Shown here in pieces: positions 35,333-49,104 of a stretch of DNA of 64,000 nt. The translations under genes and the position numbers were made by a program. The number at the start of each line of letters is the position of its first letter. The stretch's first letter is position 1. The stretch spans positions 192,758,001 to 192,822,000 of the forward strand of contig NC_042998.1 of the NCBI RefSeq assembly GCF_006345805.1, in the 5' to 3' direction. Source of the DNA: Octopus sinensis (lineage: Eukaryota). The notes beneath the pieces are model-generated. The model was not told the origin of the DNA and searched no databases. It worked only from the letters and a program-made list of their open reading frames with translations.

Positions 35333-35880
35333 GGCAGTGGCTCTCATGGCTTTGATCTTAACTGATTGGAAGTGTTATCATGTACATTGTTTTGTCTTGG
35401 TATAAAGATGGGCTACAGCAAATATTCTGCTCAATACCACAGATTTGCTTGTCAATTGTTTGACCTTAACCAGTTGAGCATGTCCCTTAGTGGCTGACGA
35501 TATGTGCATCTCTGATCACGAGCAGAAGTAGTGGGGGAGCATCATAGCCATGTGTTGAGAGGGATTCTTTGGGGTTTGAATAGTTCACCTCTGGAAACAT
35601 GGGTGGTTCTTTCAACATCCTTAAGCAACCCTTATTCAGGGACCGTTTGAGCGGGATGGGCTACTCAACCTGAAGAAAATTCTAACTGGGCCCCACCTGC
35701 AAGGTCATGCGCTGTTTATCTTGATATGAGATCACCATGTCGCGCACATATGGTTGTGATGCATGTGCCTGGTGTACCTTTATCAGACGGGTAGTCATGA
35801 TGGGTATATTGGGCTTCGTATATTTTACCCCAGTGTCACTTTGATGGCATGAACTGCTCTCTCACTCAATAATAATAATA
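35333..35880 (+). repeat. Family E repeat flanked by (AAT)n arrays
   Basis: Family match. Confidence 0.8.
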
Positions 35881-35951
35881 ATAATAATAATATTAATAAT
35901 AATAATAAGCATAATAATAATAATAATAATAATATTAATAATAATAATAAT

Positions 35952-36360
35952 AGGCGCAGGAGTGGCTGTGTGGTAAGTAGCTTGCTAACCAACCACATGG
36001 TTCCGGGTTCAGTCCCACTGCGTGGCATCTTGGGCAAGTGTCTTCTGCTATAGCTTCGGGCCGACCAATGCCTTGTGAGTGGATTTGGTAGACGGAAACT
36101 GAAAAAAGCCTGTCGTATATATGTATATATATATGTGTGTGTGTATGTGTTTGTGTGTCTGTGTTTGTCCCCCTAGCATTACTTGACAACCGATGCTGGT
36201 GTGTTTACGTCCCCGTCACTTAGCGCTTCGGCAAAAGAGACCGATAGAATAAGTACTGGGCTTACAAAGAATAAGTCCTGGGGTCGAGTTGCTTGATTAA
36301 AGGCGGTGCTCCAGCATGGCCGCAGTCAAATGACTGAAACAAGTAAAAGAGTAAAGAGTA
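35952..36360 (+). mobile_element. SINE family A, full length
   Basis: ggcgcaggagtggctgtgtggtaag head, B box gggttcagtccc, tail (aaaagagt)n. Confidence 0.88.
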
Positions 36361-36389
36361 ATAATAATGATAATAATAATAATAATAAG

Positions 36390-36890
36390 TATAAAAGATG
36401 GGCTACAGCAAATATTCTGCGCAATACCACAGATTTGCTTGTCACTTGTTTGACCGTAACCAGTTGAGCATGTCCCTTAGTGGCTGACGAAATGTGCATC
36501 TCTGATCACGAGTAGAAGTAGTGGGGGAGCATCATAGCCATGTGTTGAGAGGGATTCTTTGGGGTTTGAATGATTCACCTCTGGAAACATGGGTGTTTCA
36601 TTCAACATCCTTAAACAACCTTTAATCAGGGACCTTTTGAGTGGGATGGGTTACCCAACCAAAAGAAAATTCTAACTGGGCCCCCACCCGCAAGGTCATG
36701 TGCTGTTTATCTTGTTATGAGATCACCATGTCGCGCACAACATATGGTTGTGATGCATGTACTTGGTGTACCGTTATCAGACGGGTAGTCATGATGGGTA
36801 TACTGGGCTTCGTATATTTGTACCCCAGTGTCACTTTGATGGCATGCACTGCTCTCTCACTCAATAATAATAATAATAATAATAATAATA
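36390..36890 (+). repeat. Family E repeat, 5'-truncated
   Basis: Family match. Confidence 0.8.
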
Positions 36891-36898
36891 ATCTCTGA

Positions 36899-37169
36899 AT
36901 GGAATTTATAAATATTTTAATGTAGCGTCATGTGCGTTTCCACAAATCACGTTTCTCACGATCATAGTCCGTATTCCTAGGACGATTACAGTACAGTCTG
37001 TAATATCCATGGACATCGAGTGGATCAACGCATGAATATGATCCATCCGATGTCCATAGACACTATGAACTGTACTGTAATCATCCCAGGAATACGGACT
37101 TTGATAGTAAGAAACCTGTGACCTGTGGAAACGCTCGTACTGATGCATTAAAATATTTATAAATTCCAT
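36899..37169. mobile_element. Fold-back MITE-like element (~130-bp imperfect arms)
   Basis: Terminal 24 bp are perfect inverted repeats (atggaatttataaatattttaatg). Confidence 0.7.
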
Positions 37170-37195
37170 CAGTGGATTATTTCTACCATTATTAC

Positions 37196-37197
37196 TA

Positions 37198-37280
<83 letters not shown>
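37196..37280. repeat. (TATC)n microsatellite
   Basis: Direct reading. Confidence 0.95.
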
Positions 37281-37627
37281 ATATATATTTATATATTTAT
37301 ATATATATCTGTGTGTGTATACATGTATATATGTATGCGTATGTGTGTACCTATGTATGTGTGTGTATACTTGTATGTATATATGTATAATTGTATGTAC
37401 GCATGTGTTTATATATATATGTATACTTGTATGTAATTATTCAGTTTTATATTAAGATTTCTTGCCAATAGAGAAAGAGCCGGTTTCTAACCTAGAACCA
37501 AGGCTCCTTTATTGGAATTTCAAAATCATCTGGGTATTTTTGTATGTATGTACATATACATGCAGATTTATATGTTTTGTTTTATGTATGTATTTTCATG
37601 CATATAGCTACATGTCTAGACTTGCTT

Positions 37628-38185
37628 TCATATATGCTTAAATGATAAACGTCTGGAAAGTTTTACAGTTTCATTGATGGCTTCGATTTTTAGTCTTCCA
37701 ATCAGCTTTCTCCTATCTGGTTTTGAGTAGCCCAATTTCTCAAGATTGGTATTTAGGCAGTGTGTTACATATCCCAGAGCCCCAATAATTGCAAGTATAA
37801 ACTTAAACTTGTAATCTGGATAGAGTAACTGCAGATTTCTCAATGGTTCAGCCTAAGCATTCTCTTTTCTACTGATCTTCAGGTTTATGATAACATCTGC
37901 TGGGCAGCCGATTTCTACGACTGTACTCAGTTTCTCTTCTCTATCCCAAATCATTATGTCAGGTCTATTGTGTTTACATTTTTTTGAGGATTTCACTGGG
38001 GCATTCCATCAGTGCTCCTTTTTTATTATGAGTAGCTATGGCTTCCACCATACTGTGGGTTCTTATTTATGTCCTCGGGATTATCCTTTCGACGGATCTC
38101 GTTATTGTGTCCTAACTACAACATCATGTCTCATCCTTAGATAATACTGTGATGACATTTTTGGATAGCTGCTTATGATGTAGGA
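37628..38185 (-). mobile_element. R4/Dong-like LINE 3' fragment
   Basis: RHDVV...KCKHNRPDIMIWD...VVEIGCPAD...LRNLQLLYPDYKFKFI.AIIGALG. Confidence 0.8.
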
Positions 38186-38189
38186 GATA

Positions 38190-39670
38190 TCTTCGATGTT
38201 AACTCCACTAAGTTGCCGAGTTGCAAGCCGACCGACTTATCCCGGTTAATTTTTGCTCCTGCCACTGCTTCGTAATCCCTTATGACCTCACTTCCCCGCT
38301 GTAGGCGTTCGATCGGGGATACGATGACGGTGATGTTTTCTGCATACATCGAAACCGATTTTCTACACCCTAGATCTTCCATGATTCCTTTCATAGCCTC
38401 CAAATTCCGCATCAATGGCTCGAGGGCCAAAACATACAGATATGGGGAGAGAGGACACCCTTGACGTACTGAACGCTCAATGTAGAACGGTTCCGAAAAT
38501 GAACCGTTCACCCGAATGATGGAATCAATGTTGCTATATAAAGCAGTAATCCATCCACGGAAGGTCGGGCAAAATCCAGCCGCCGCAAGGATCGCCGCCA
38601 AATACTGATGGTCAACCCTATCAAACACTTTAGACTGGTCTAAATGGACCATAGCCCCACCCGCGCCAGGAATTCTAAGGTGTAGCGGATAAGATGTAGA
38701 TTGTCATAAATCGACCTGTCAGGGATGGCGCAGGTTTGCGCCTCCCCAACAAATTTACCCACAACCTGCGCCAACCTTTTTGCTAACACCTTGGTCAAAA
38801 TCTACTGCTCTGCATTAAGCTGAATGATGGACCGAAAATTATCAATTACATCCCCCTTGTTTGGGTCCTTTCTTAGCAGTACCACAACCCACGGCTCACA
38901 GACCTAGGAATACTCCCATTCTGCTGTTAGTTGCTGTAGACGCATGCCAGTAGGTGCCTGAACAAGCCTGGCATACTATAATACATGTAGTTGGGGAAAC
39001 CATCGAGTCCCAGCGACTTGTCCCCGCTGCAGTTCGACAATGCCTCCCCCGTCTCCGCAGCTGTGATCGGCCCTTCACAGCATTCCGCTTTCTGCCCCGA
39101 GTGATGCGACAAACCGGTGAGGAAGTCCGTGAGGTCCTCCCTACGTTCTGGCCCGCCCCTCCCGAAAAGCTGGGTGAGATGCTCGTGAAAAACCTTGCAC
39201 ATCTCCTCAGGTTCGTTTACCGAATGCTCATGTTGGTCCGTCAAAGAACCTTATTGTTGCATTATTGTCGCTTTGGCTCTCTACCACGCGCACCTATCCG
39301 GCAACGTTGATTCCCTCTTTGTCCCATTGCACGAAACTTAGCCCTGATAATACACCCTTCGTGTTTAGCTTTGAGATGTTGGTCGAGCGCCAACCTCGCA
39401 GCTAAAACTCTTGATGCAGAGTCTGACCTCGTTGCCTCTTCTAGAGCCTTAACTAAAGTCCTTTCTATTCTATTTCTATTACTGGCTAGCTCCTTACTAA
39501 ATCTAATCGACTCAAATTTAATGACTCGTTTGAGGGCATACCACCATTTGTTGTTAATAATGGTACCTGATAGTGCCCTCATCACTAACTGCCTAATCCG
39601 GTTCCTGTTTAGCTTCCTGTAACCGGGTCCCTGTCTACACATACTATCTAAGTCAAACCTACAAGTCACA
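38190..39670 (-). mobile_element. Tx1/L1-type LINE ORF2 fragment (reverse transcriptase), decayed
   Basis: GPGYRKLN, LDQSKVFDRVDHQY, SVRQGCPLSP, MYAENIT, GAKINRDKS. Confidence 0.88.
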
Positions 39671-39689
39671 AATTTGTGATCACTGTAGT

Positions 39690-40400
39690 TGACAATATGA
39701 TATTGTAGACAGTTTATGATGTCTTACCAAATGCGTCCGATTTGTTCTGCAGGGATAAGTTGTAGTTAACTGTGCCGAGGAGAGGGACGCGACTACTGGA
39801 GGCATGACCAGGTTTTGAAGATCAATGCAGACACCATCCGAAGTGGGATTAGCCATTGCAAGCTCCTCCGCTAACCAAAGAAGTTCATCACACTTGTTGG
39901 GGCTGACGAGAAGATGATGCCCTCTACCAAGTGTTCCCCCTTGAACTTGCTGCCTACAATAAAAGACTGTGAGTTGAAAGTTGACCTGAAGAAGCATCTG
40001 ATGTTTCCAGAAACTGTCGTCTCATCACTTCAAAGGTTGGATATAGTGATGAACTTAGAAGCCTTCAGACAGGCGGTTCTGTGATAACTCTCCGTTCGCT
40101 GGAAGGACCGCATCGCGGAGGCTAAAGAGAGCCAGGGGAGGAATTATGCCGAGCTAGTAGAGTTATGCCAAAGCAATTGCTAGCAAGCAAGGTGTGATCC
40201 CATCGAAATAGGATGCAGAGTATTTGCAGGCTAGTCCCTCTACAGGATGCACAAGATATCAGGGGCCGCTTGGCCGAAGTCCGTCGTGTGGAGGCTATAG
40301 ACCAGGTAGCTTTAAACCAGGAGATGCACTGGAAGAAGCACTGCTACTAAGTGTACGGAGGCCGAGGATTGATCAAGGCTGGCTAGGACACCTGGTTAGT
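39690..40400 (+). mobile_element. NeSL/R2-like LINE C-terminal fragment
   Basis: WRHDQVLK...LKVDLKKHLMFPETV...RLDIV...YAELVELC...PIEIGCR. Confidence 0.65.
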
Positions 40401-42956
40401 GTGTCTAATGTTGAAAGAACCGAAACGCCTAATTACCCCTGGAAACATCACTGATTGTGTGTTCAGGTGCAGCACAGGATGATGTAAGGAAAATCCCTAT
40501 GTATGTGTGTGCGTGTGTATCATATAAAGAAATAAAGTGCTTCACGAAGTAATGCAAAAGGTGCGCTGGAATGCCCGGTACGTTACCTAAAGCTACAAAG
40601 ATTCCACTTCTATCCCAGACGTGGTTAGACTAGCTTCATAACATTAGATCGGGAAGTGGGCCGAGCCTGAACGGAATATGTAAAAAAAAAAAAAAAAAAA
40701 AAAAAAAACCTAACTCTGAAGAGGAAAGCCAACTACATTTGTGGCGAAGCTAAACATTCAAGCTCCACGGAACTGATGTTTTGCAGGTCTTCTGAAATAT
40801 GCCTGCAAAGGAAAATATTTGTTACAAACCAGAATGGCTTATACTTCAGTCTGTCTATTGATAATTAAACATAAAATACAAGATTCATACAAACACCTAT
40901 CTCTTCAGTGTTTAAAAAAAAAACGGAATTGGAACATTAATATTTTGAAAGTATTTGTTTATTTTATTAAGCAATAGCTATTTCTCCCCCCTTTCTTTTC
41001 ATAACTCTTTTCTGAGATTGTAATCTGTGTATACAGCTAAATGTTGTGTGCGTAAAGGCATACTTAACTAATTTCTCCGAAATTACAGTCAACACAGCTG
41101 TTTTCAGTCAAGTTCCTTCATCTCCATTAGATTGTCAAACTTGTCAGTAACGTACTATATAACACTCGCCGGCTGCCCCAGCCGCTCATTGGGTACGATT
41201 GAGTAAGCAATAAATTCCAAACTAAATGTTTGTTCTTAATCCTTAAATAATTCCAGGAACTTATATGCTTATATTATTTATACGTCCGGTGCTACTATTT
41301 TTTTCTCTTTATTTCATTTATTGGGGATTTTTTTTGGTTTATTTTCGGTTAGTTTAGGAATACACAGTAGTTTCTCCCAGACTATTCTCTTGATGTTGAT
41401 CCTATTACGAATATTAAAAGAAAAGTGAAAACTAGAGTTACTTTATACTCATGATAGAAATCTGTGTTTTATGATAACTGCCAAATGCTGTGGTGTTGTA
41501 CACTCCTGTTCATGTTAATGGAAAAAGCTAAGCTGCCTACAGCTAACTTATTTTTATTACTAATTTATGTATTCTTGAAGATTCCAGAGAATATACAATA
41601 TCATACCAATAACCGAGTTTTCTACTGAATCGATTATATTGGTGTAGCAATAAAGATCCTGGTGCTGTTGTTTAGTTCCATGTCAGTCCTGACTGAGCAG
41701 ATGCGTTTCCGTCATAACCATTCCGTCTTCCCTGTTATATTATATGTCTAGTAGTACATTTGGTAGGCCGTAATGGGGATTAAATTTCATGGATATTTTT
41801 AGCAGGCCGTGTGACCACAGGAAGGAACCCATTTTGTTTTGCAGAAAACGGTGTAATTAGTAAGGAATTTGCAGTGTAGTTGTCACTAACAAATTTTACA
41901 ACTGAACGAGTAATCCTGTATTTTTCGTAGGATCAAGGCGACAGAGGAGCTGATGTGGGCTGTATAAGTTCAAGAGATCCAAATGTGTCGAAACTGTGAT
42001 GATTTTTGGTCGGTAACTCATGAGGGATGAACGTGTCCACGTCATGTGTGTGTGTTTTCTGCATTTACCTTCGTCGTCTTACTCTGCAACGTTTCACTAT
42101 ATGAGTCCAAACGCTATTTGGACTCATTGAAGTTTCGAAAACTACACGGTAGTTACAACTTCAAATTAAAAATAAAATTCGTATTGCGATTTTTGATGGT
42201 CTTCACAGTCACTCCTTTTAACATTGCTATGCGTTAGTAAGTTAGAAGCCAGACTGAAGAATATGCTTGAAGTTTCAAAGGACAACACGCGTGCGTGTAC
42301 ATGAGTGTGTTTACAGCTTTTCATATTGGTATAGTATTGGTATAATATTAATCACCAGTTTCAGCTGTGGTTATTGATACCTCCGCTGCCTAAATCTACC
42401 ATTTATTTGTACTCATTACTTCACATACATGTATCTATCTACTTGTTGTATGTTTAAGCATTAATATAGCATAGAAACCGAAATAAGCGCGTGTTTCGAT
42501 CTCCAATAACCAGTTATTGGTGCGGACATGTTCCCCCCATCAAAGTTTGTTGTGTGAGTGTGAAATCAATGTTTCCACGTAAAAAAACATCTTAACGTGC
42601 ATAAACCAATTGTTACTTTCAAGAAGCGTAGCCTGTTCTATTCCAAATGGTGTTCATGCGTATGTCTTAGATAAGAATGCAACATGCAACAACAAGAGGC
42701 TTAGTATTGGCTTATACGTGCATGCATTATTTTTTTATAGCTATGCATATAATTGAAAAAAAAACCCTGTTTTCTGAGATTCATCACAGCTATGTTGGAA
42801 TATAAAGATAACTTTGAGCATTTCTTTATTTACATAATAATTGTTACGAGTAAGAAGTGATAGTGATGTTCTTAAATCTTGTTTCACGTGATTTTACTAT
42901 TGTTTCATCGAAGTAAAATGCACAAATCGAAAATTATTAAGTATTTTCTGAATAAT

Positions 42957-43374
42957 CTAAGGCTGCGAGCTGGCAGAAACGTTAGCACGCCGGGCGAAAT
43001 GCTTAGCAGTATTTCGTCTACCGCTACGTTCTAAGTTCAAATTCCGCCGAGGTCGACTTCGCCTTTCATCCTTTCGGGGTCGATTAAATAAGTACCAGTT
43101 ACGCACTGAGGTCGATATAATCGACTTAATCCGTTTGTCAGTCCTTGTTTGTCCTCTCTGTATTTAGCCCCTTGTGGGTAGTAAAGAAATAGGTATTTAG
43201 TCTGCCGTTACGTTCTGAGTTCAAATTCCGCCGAGGTCGACTTCGCCTTTCATCCTCTCGGGGTCGATTAAATAAGTACCAGTTACGCACTGGGGTCGAT
43301 ATAATCGACTTGATCCGTTTGTCTGTCCTTATTTGTCCTCTCTGTGTTTAGCCCCTTGTGGGTAGTAAAAAAAA
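42957..43374 (+). mobile_element. SINE family B dimer under a single 19-bp TSD
   Basis: TSD taagtattttctgaataat at 42938-42956 / 43375-43393. Confidence 0.88.
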
Positions 43375-43898
43375 TAAGTATTTTCTGAATAATTATGAAA
43401 CAATGCTGATTTCGTCATGGTTTCTTTAAATTTTGGTTCTCATTGAAAACTTTTGAATCAATGTTCTAACGTATCAACAGTAGAAAAGGGCCAAATCTAA
43501 AGTGAGCAATGGCCAGTTTCTCTTTTTAAATACAAATAAACCACAGAAAATATCAAGAAATATAGTGCGTCACGAAATAGATTCGATTAGTTCCACCAGA
43601 TAGCGTTATTTCTAGTCACATATAAAAACCATCCACTCGCTCTACATTTGTAACGAGCGGCTTACATCTTTTCGATAAACACCTGGGTATCATTTCCTAA
43701 TTCTAAATGCCAGATGTCAGTAAAAAAAAGAATAATTTAAAACGCATACACATCTTCCCCACCTTTACATATAATCCACCCTTTATTTTGAAACTTTTCT
43801 TATATTGCTCTTAAAATAAATATATCTAAAGTTTCCAATTTCTAGTTCTTGAGAAAAATTCTTTTAAATCTACAGTTATCAGTTTTATCTCGGAACGC

Positions 43899-43899
<1 letters not shown>

Positions 43900-43987
<88 letters not shown>

Positions 43988-44037
43988 TATTATTTTTATT
44001 ATTATTATGATTATTATTATTATTATTATTATTATTA
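43900..44037. repeat. (ATT)n microsatellite
   Basis: Direct reading. Confidence 0.95.
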
Positions 44038-45751
44038 GACCAAATAGTTTATGAACGTTGCATCTATCCGGGTTTTAATTTATCACTTATTATTTCTTAC
44101 ATCTATTTTCACCTCACCGTTCCCCTGGTTTCCAACGAGCACATTCTATTTCTAAAGTTTTTCCTGTTGTTTATCTGTGTTTTCCTCGTTGAAAGTAAAT
44201 CCAAAATGCCAAATAAACTCCCTTATTTAGATTAGTAAATGTGAAAAATATTAAGATGTTTGAGTTTGTATAGATAATTCTGTAGCGGGAAGTGGTAGGA
44301 GAAAAAAAAAAACAAAAAAAACTATCTTATAAAATGGATGCAGGTCAGGATAGGAATAAGATTTATTAGGAGCAGCCGTCCAGCTTCCTGGTGTTACCAT
44401 GGTACCATACACAGCAGAGACAGCAGTAAAGATTTCAGAAACTCTTCATGTTTTCCTTTTTTCTTATTCATGTGGTTCCTTATTTTAATTCGTTTGAAAA
44501 TAAATACATCGTTAAGGAATGATTTGCTTTCGCCTCATCACGACTTCCCGCCACTTTCCATCGCTTTATATTAATGTTTATAAGCTTAAACGGTGAGGAA
44601 TACGCCATGATAGTTATTTCAACAAATTTCTCACTTCCTCTCTGAAGGAACTGGTTATTTCTATGCTAACGGAACAGTCAAGTTCTAACTTAGTGATTTT
44701 TATTTCCTTAGCATAAGTTCAATATTATATTCTGTTCTTTGCCTTCTCTTACCTCTCTGGTAATTTAAAAACAATTCTAACCGCACCAGATTCCTCTAAA
44801 AAACCTTGTTTCTTTTCTTTCAAAAACATGTGTTACCTGACATTTTGAAATATTTTTATCTAAATATATTTGTTTTCATCTCGAGCATATACATACATGA
44901 CTTCTTATGCCCATTAAGTTGGGGTTACCAAGGGCTTTCTTACTAGTTTATACAGGAAAGAAATATTTTCTCCTCTTTTTTTTTATATTTTCTCTCAGAG
45001 TTAATCATCTTATAAACACGTTGATGCCCACTACGATTCTATACACCGGTGGGGAAATGGTTTGCGAACAAATTATAAACAAATGAAAGCTAGTTTAAAA
45101 AGTTAGTTCCAAAAACGTTTGAATTTAATTTCATTATTTAAGGGTTATAATTTGAAATTCCAAGATAAACTTTTTTTAAAAAAAAAAAGCAACAACTCAG
45201 AATTCTAAGATGATTCATTATAAGAAAATTGAATTAAAAAAGGATCGCAGGAATTAGCAAGTAAATGTATCCCTCTGTATTCCGGGTGGTACAGGGGTGT
45301 TTAGAATGACGCAGCGTAACAACAGTATGAAGTTCCTTAAAAGAAGTCTTCGATCGTTCATGTATACAGCAAACCCCTTCCTCTTTGGCTTTAATAGGTA
45401 TAGTATATTTATTCTTATTTACTATATTCCTTCGTTTTTGCTTTTTTTAAAATTATTATCTGAATTGCTTTTTCTCTTTATGTATTTATATGCGCATCTT
45501 ACTTTCAATTACATTGTTATGGAACAATCTGTTAATTTAAGAAGTCCAAGACTCTGTGTGTGTGTGTGTATACGAAAGAGTGATATACACTGCAAACCAG
45601 ACTATCCTAGCGAGCCGGTTTTCATTAACATGATAATTATTCTATTAGTGAAAGAGCATAATCGTCACATTTACTCCAGTTTGTAAATATCAAGCATTTT
45701 CTAACACGCGCTTACAATCACACACACAGACTCACATTTGTATGCATGTGC

Positions 45752-45806
<55 letters not shown>

Positions 45807-45816
45807 TATACATATA

Positions 45817-46155
45817 TCACCTTGACCGACCAGTCCGTCGGGCGTCCATTTGACACCGCTGGTCACGGCACGCTGTCCACTCCTCTCTGGATCGCGCCTT
45901 TCTCATCCACGTGATCTCAATCGTCCTCCTGAAATCGTAACTCCATCGTCGTGGAGGCCTTCCGAGTGGTCGTTTCCGCTCGCGCGGGTACCATTCGACA
46001 ACTGCGCGGGTCCACTGATTATCGATGAGCCGGGCGAAGTGTCCAGCCCATCTGAACTTGCTGCGTGTATATTCTGCGATGGCATCCCTCACGCCGGACT
46101 TCTCTCTGATTACCTCGCTACTGATGTGCTCTCTCAACGAGATTCCAAGCATTGA
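45817..46155 (-). mobile_element. RTE-clade LINE 3' fragment (second RTE family)
   Basis: MLGISLREHISSEVIREKSGV...KFRWAGHFAR...KRPLGRPPRRW. Confidence 0.85.
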
Positions 46156-46183
46156 CATATATATATATATACACACACACACG

Positions 46184-46233
<50 letters not shown>

Positions 46234-46475
46234 CTTAAAGGTTGCTTGGAGACTCAATGCATGTTACCAAGACCTGCCGAGACACATGTCACCAAAGCAA
46301 GAAACTATTAGTACCTTTATATTGTGTACATTAAGTGATATTCATCTCTCACTGGATGGAGAACTTGTTTTGTTAATCTTACGTACGTTCTGTTTCTATA
46401 AGTGGAACTAAGAGAACTCAGTACAGAAATTAGAGTTTATGTAATCTTTGTTAGCTAAGAATATTACAGGTGTTA

Positions 46476-47186
46476 AAAGGCAGCGAGCTGGCAGAATCGT
46501 TAGCATGCCGGGAGAAAATCCTAGCGGTATTTCGTCTGTCGTTACGTTGTGAGTTCAAATTCCGCCGAGGTCGACTTTGCCTTTCATCCTTTCGGGGTCG
46601 ATAAATTAAGTACCAGTTACGCACTGGGGTCGATGTAATCGACTTAATACCTATATCTGTTCTTAATTGTCCCCTCTATGTTTAGCCCCTTGTGAGTAAT
46701 AAAGAAATAGGTATTTCGTCTGTCGTTACGTTGTGAGTTCAAATTCCGCCGTGGTCGACTTTGCCTTTCGGGGTCGATAAATTAAGTACCAGTTACACAC
46801 TGGGGTCGATGTAATCGACTTAATACCTATATCTGTCCTTGTTTGTCTCCTCTATGTTTAGCCCCTTGTGAGTAATAAAGAAATAGGTATTTCGTCTGTC
46901 TTTACACTCTGAGTTCAAATTCCGCCGAGGTCGACTTTGCCTTTCATCCTTTCGAGGGTCGATAAAATAGGTACCAGTCGAGCACTGGGGTCGATGTAAT
47001 CGACTTAATCTGTTTGTCCACTCTGTGTTTAGCCCCTTGTAGGTAGTAAAGAAATAGATATTTCGTCTGCCGCTACATTCTGAGTTTAAATTCCGCCGAG
47101 GTCGATGTAATCGACTTAATCCCCTTGTGTGTCCTTGTTTGTTCCCCTCTATGTTTAGCCCCTTATGGGCAATAAAGAAATAAGAG
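46476..47186 (+). mobile_element. SINE family B tetramer under a single 14-bp TSD
   Basis: TSD tattacaggtgtta at 46462-46475 / 47187-47200; one head, four B-box units. Confidence 0.88.
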
Positions 47187-47700
47187 TATTACAGGTGTTA
47201 GTCAAGCGCCTGGAGTTTCGCATCGAGGCATTTATGAACACAAAGTGACTTGGTAAGTGCTTTGAAACGGAACTTGAGTAATTCCTGTGGGGACTTCTCA
47301 GTTAATAAACGGCTTATATGCGGTGTGGGTGTGGGTGTGCTTTTATTGAGAAGTGTTATGTGCATCAGTAAAAATCGAGAAATTAGTAAAATTATGATTA
47401 TTATTATTATTTCTAAATTTCTCTGATACTTAATTATGCACCTATAACATCATAAATGCCAGCTTTCACCATCTGCATTGTAGTTGGAATGTCTCTTGAT
47501 TATTTTGATTGTGTATGATATATTTGTTGTTGATCTACATATTGCTTAAAACATTGATATTTTCTTAAATGTCAGTCTTGCTTTCAATTGGCATTTCTCC
47601 CATATATCATACAATTGTAAAAAAAAAGCAAAAACTTATTCTAAATTATATATTCTAAACTCATTGATTTATCACATTACATACACCAAAATATCATATA

Positions 47701-48448
47701 CTAGCAGTATCGCCCGGCGTTGCTCGGGTTTGTAAGGGAAATAACTATAAAGCATTTTTAGATAGTTATAGCCAAAATATAGCAAAAAAATGGGGGAAAA
47801 AATGATGGTAAATTTTTTTTGAGAGTTAAAAAGGTGGTGTTGCGTCCCCTAGACAGTCTGTGGTTTGTGTTTCTGATTCTCGACCCCATGTCGAATTTAT
47901 CGATTTTTTTCAGAACTGGGGGAACTTTTCAAAATTTTCGCTGCGTTAGTTTTGAATTATGACATTGGGCTATGTGTGTGTCAAGTTTCATCAGAATCGG
48001 TTGAAAGCCGTGTTCAGGGTGAGGGTACAACCAAACAGATACACAGAAACACACACAGACAAACTGCCGTTTATATATAGACTAGCAGTATCGCCCAGCG
48101 TTGCTCAGGTTTGTAAGGGAAATAACTATAAAGCATTTTTAGAGAGTTATAGCCAAAAAATAGCAAAAAAAATGGAAAAAAGATGATGGTAAATTTTTTT
48201 TGAGAGTTAAAAAGGTGGTGTTGCGTCCCCTAGACAGTCTGTGGTTTGTGTTTCTGATTCTCGACCCCATGTCGAATTTATCGATTTTTTTCAGAACTGG
48301 GGGAACTTTTCAAAATTTTCGCTGCGTTAGTTTTGAATTATGACATTGGGCTATGTGTGTGTCAAGTTTCATCAGAATCGGTTGAAAGCCGTGGTCAGAG
48401 TGAGGGTACGAGAAAACAGACACACAGAAAACGCACAGACAAACTGCC

Positions 48449-48490
<42 letters not shown>
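47701..48490 (-). mobile_element. Head-to-tail dimer of a Helitron-like element (381-bp unit)
   Basis: 5' TC, 3' hairpin cccgagcaacgccggg + CTAG; junction CTAG|TC at 48082/48081. Confidence 0.8.
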
Positions 48491-48501
<11 letters not shown>

Positions 48502-49104
48502 TATGCATATGCCGTAATTATAACATGAATGCCGATTGTATGAATTTTAGGGACGAGGGACTGTCAAATATAATCGTCCTCGGGGCAATGAAAAGTGAAT
48601 TCATCGTCGTCGGCGCGATTTGAACTTCTAATATAAACAGACGTAACTAAATACCTATTTCTTTACTACCCACAAGGGGCTAAACACAGAGGGGACAAGC
48701 AAGGACAGACATAGGTATTAAGTCGATTACACCAACCCCAGTGCGTAACTGGTACTTAATTTATCGACCCCGAAAGGATGAAAGGCAAAGTCGACCTCGG
48801 CGGAATTTGAACTCAGAACGTAACGGCAGACAAAATACCGCTAAGCATTTTACTTTTGCTCCATCGACTTTTTTTTACCGTACATTACTTTTAATGATAA
48901 TGATTTCTGACTTAGTTCCCAAATCTCCAATATGTTAGGTAGAAGAGTTGATTTAATAACTCTCCTCCTATCGCACCCCGTACTTATTTTTTGACCTCAG
49001 AGTGTCGAAAGGCAAAATCGACTTCAGAGAGATTTGAACTGTGAAAATAAACGGACGTAACTTTAGGAGAAAAAAGCCCAAAAAGCGTACTGTCAATACG
49101 AAAT

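Noticed and set aside
42085-42135. 11-bp hairpin next to gaaacgtt as a possible hammerhead
   Set aside because: The core lacks CUGANGA and GAAA is not adjacent to the stem.
44370-44440. Possible + strand exon (G)AAVQLPGVTMVPYTAETA with GTAAAG donor
   Set aside because: Weak acceptor, no partner exons, and CpG-normal context.
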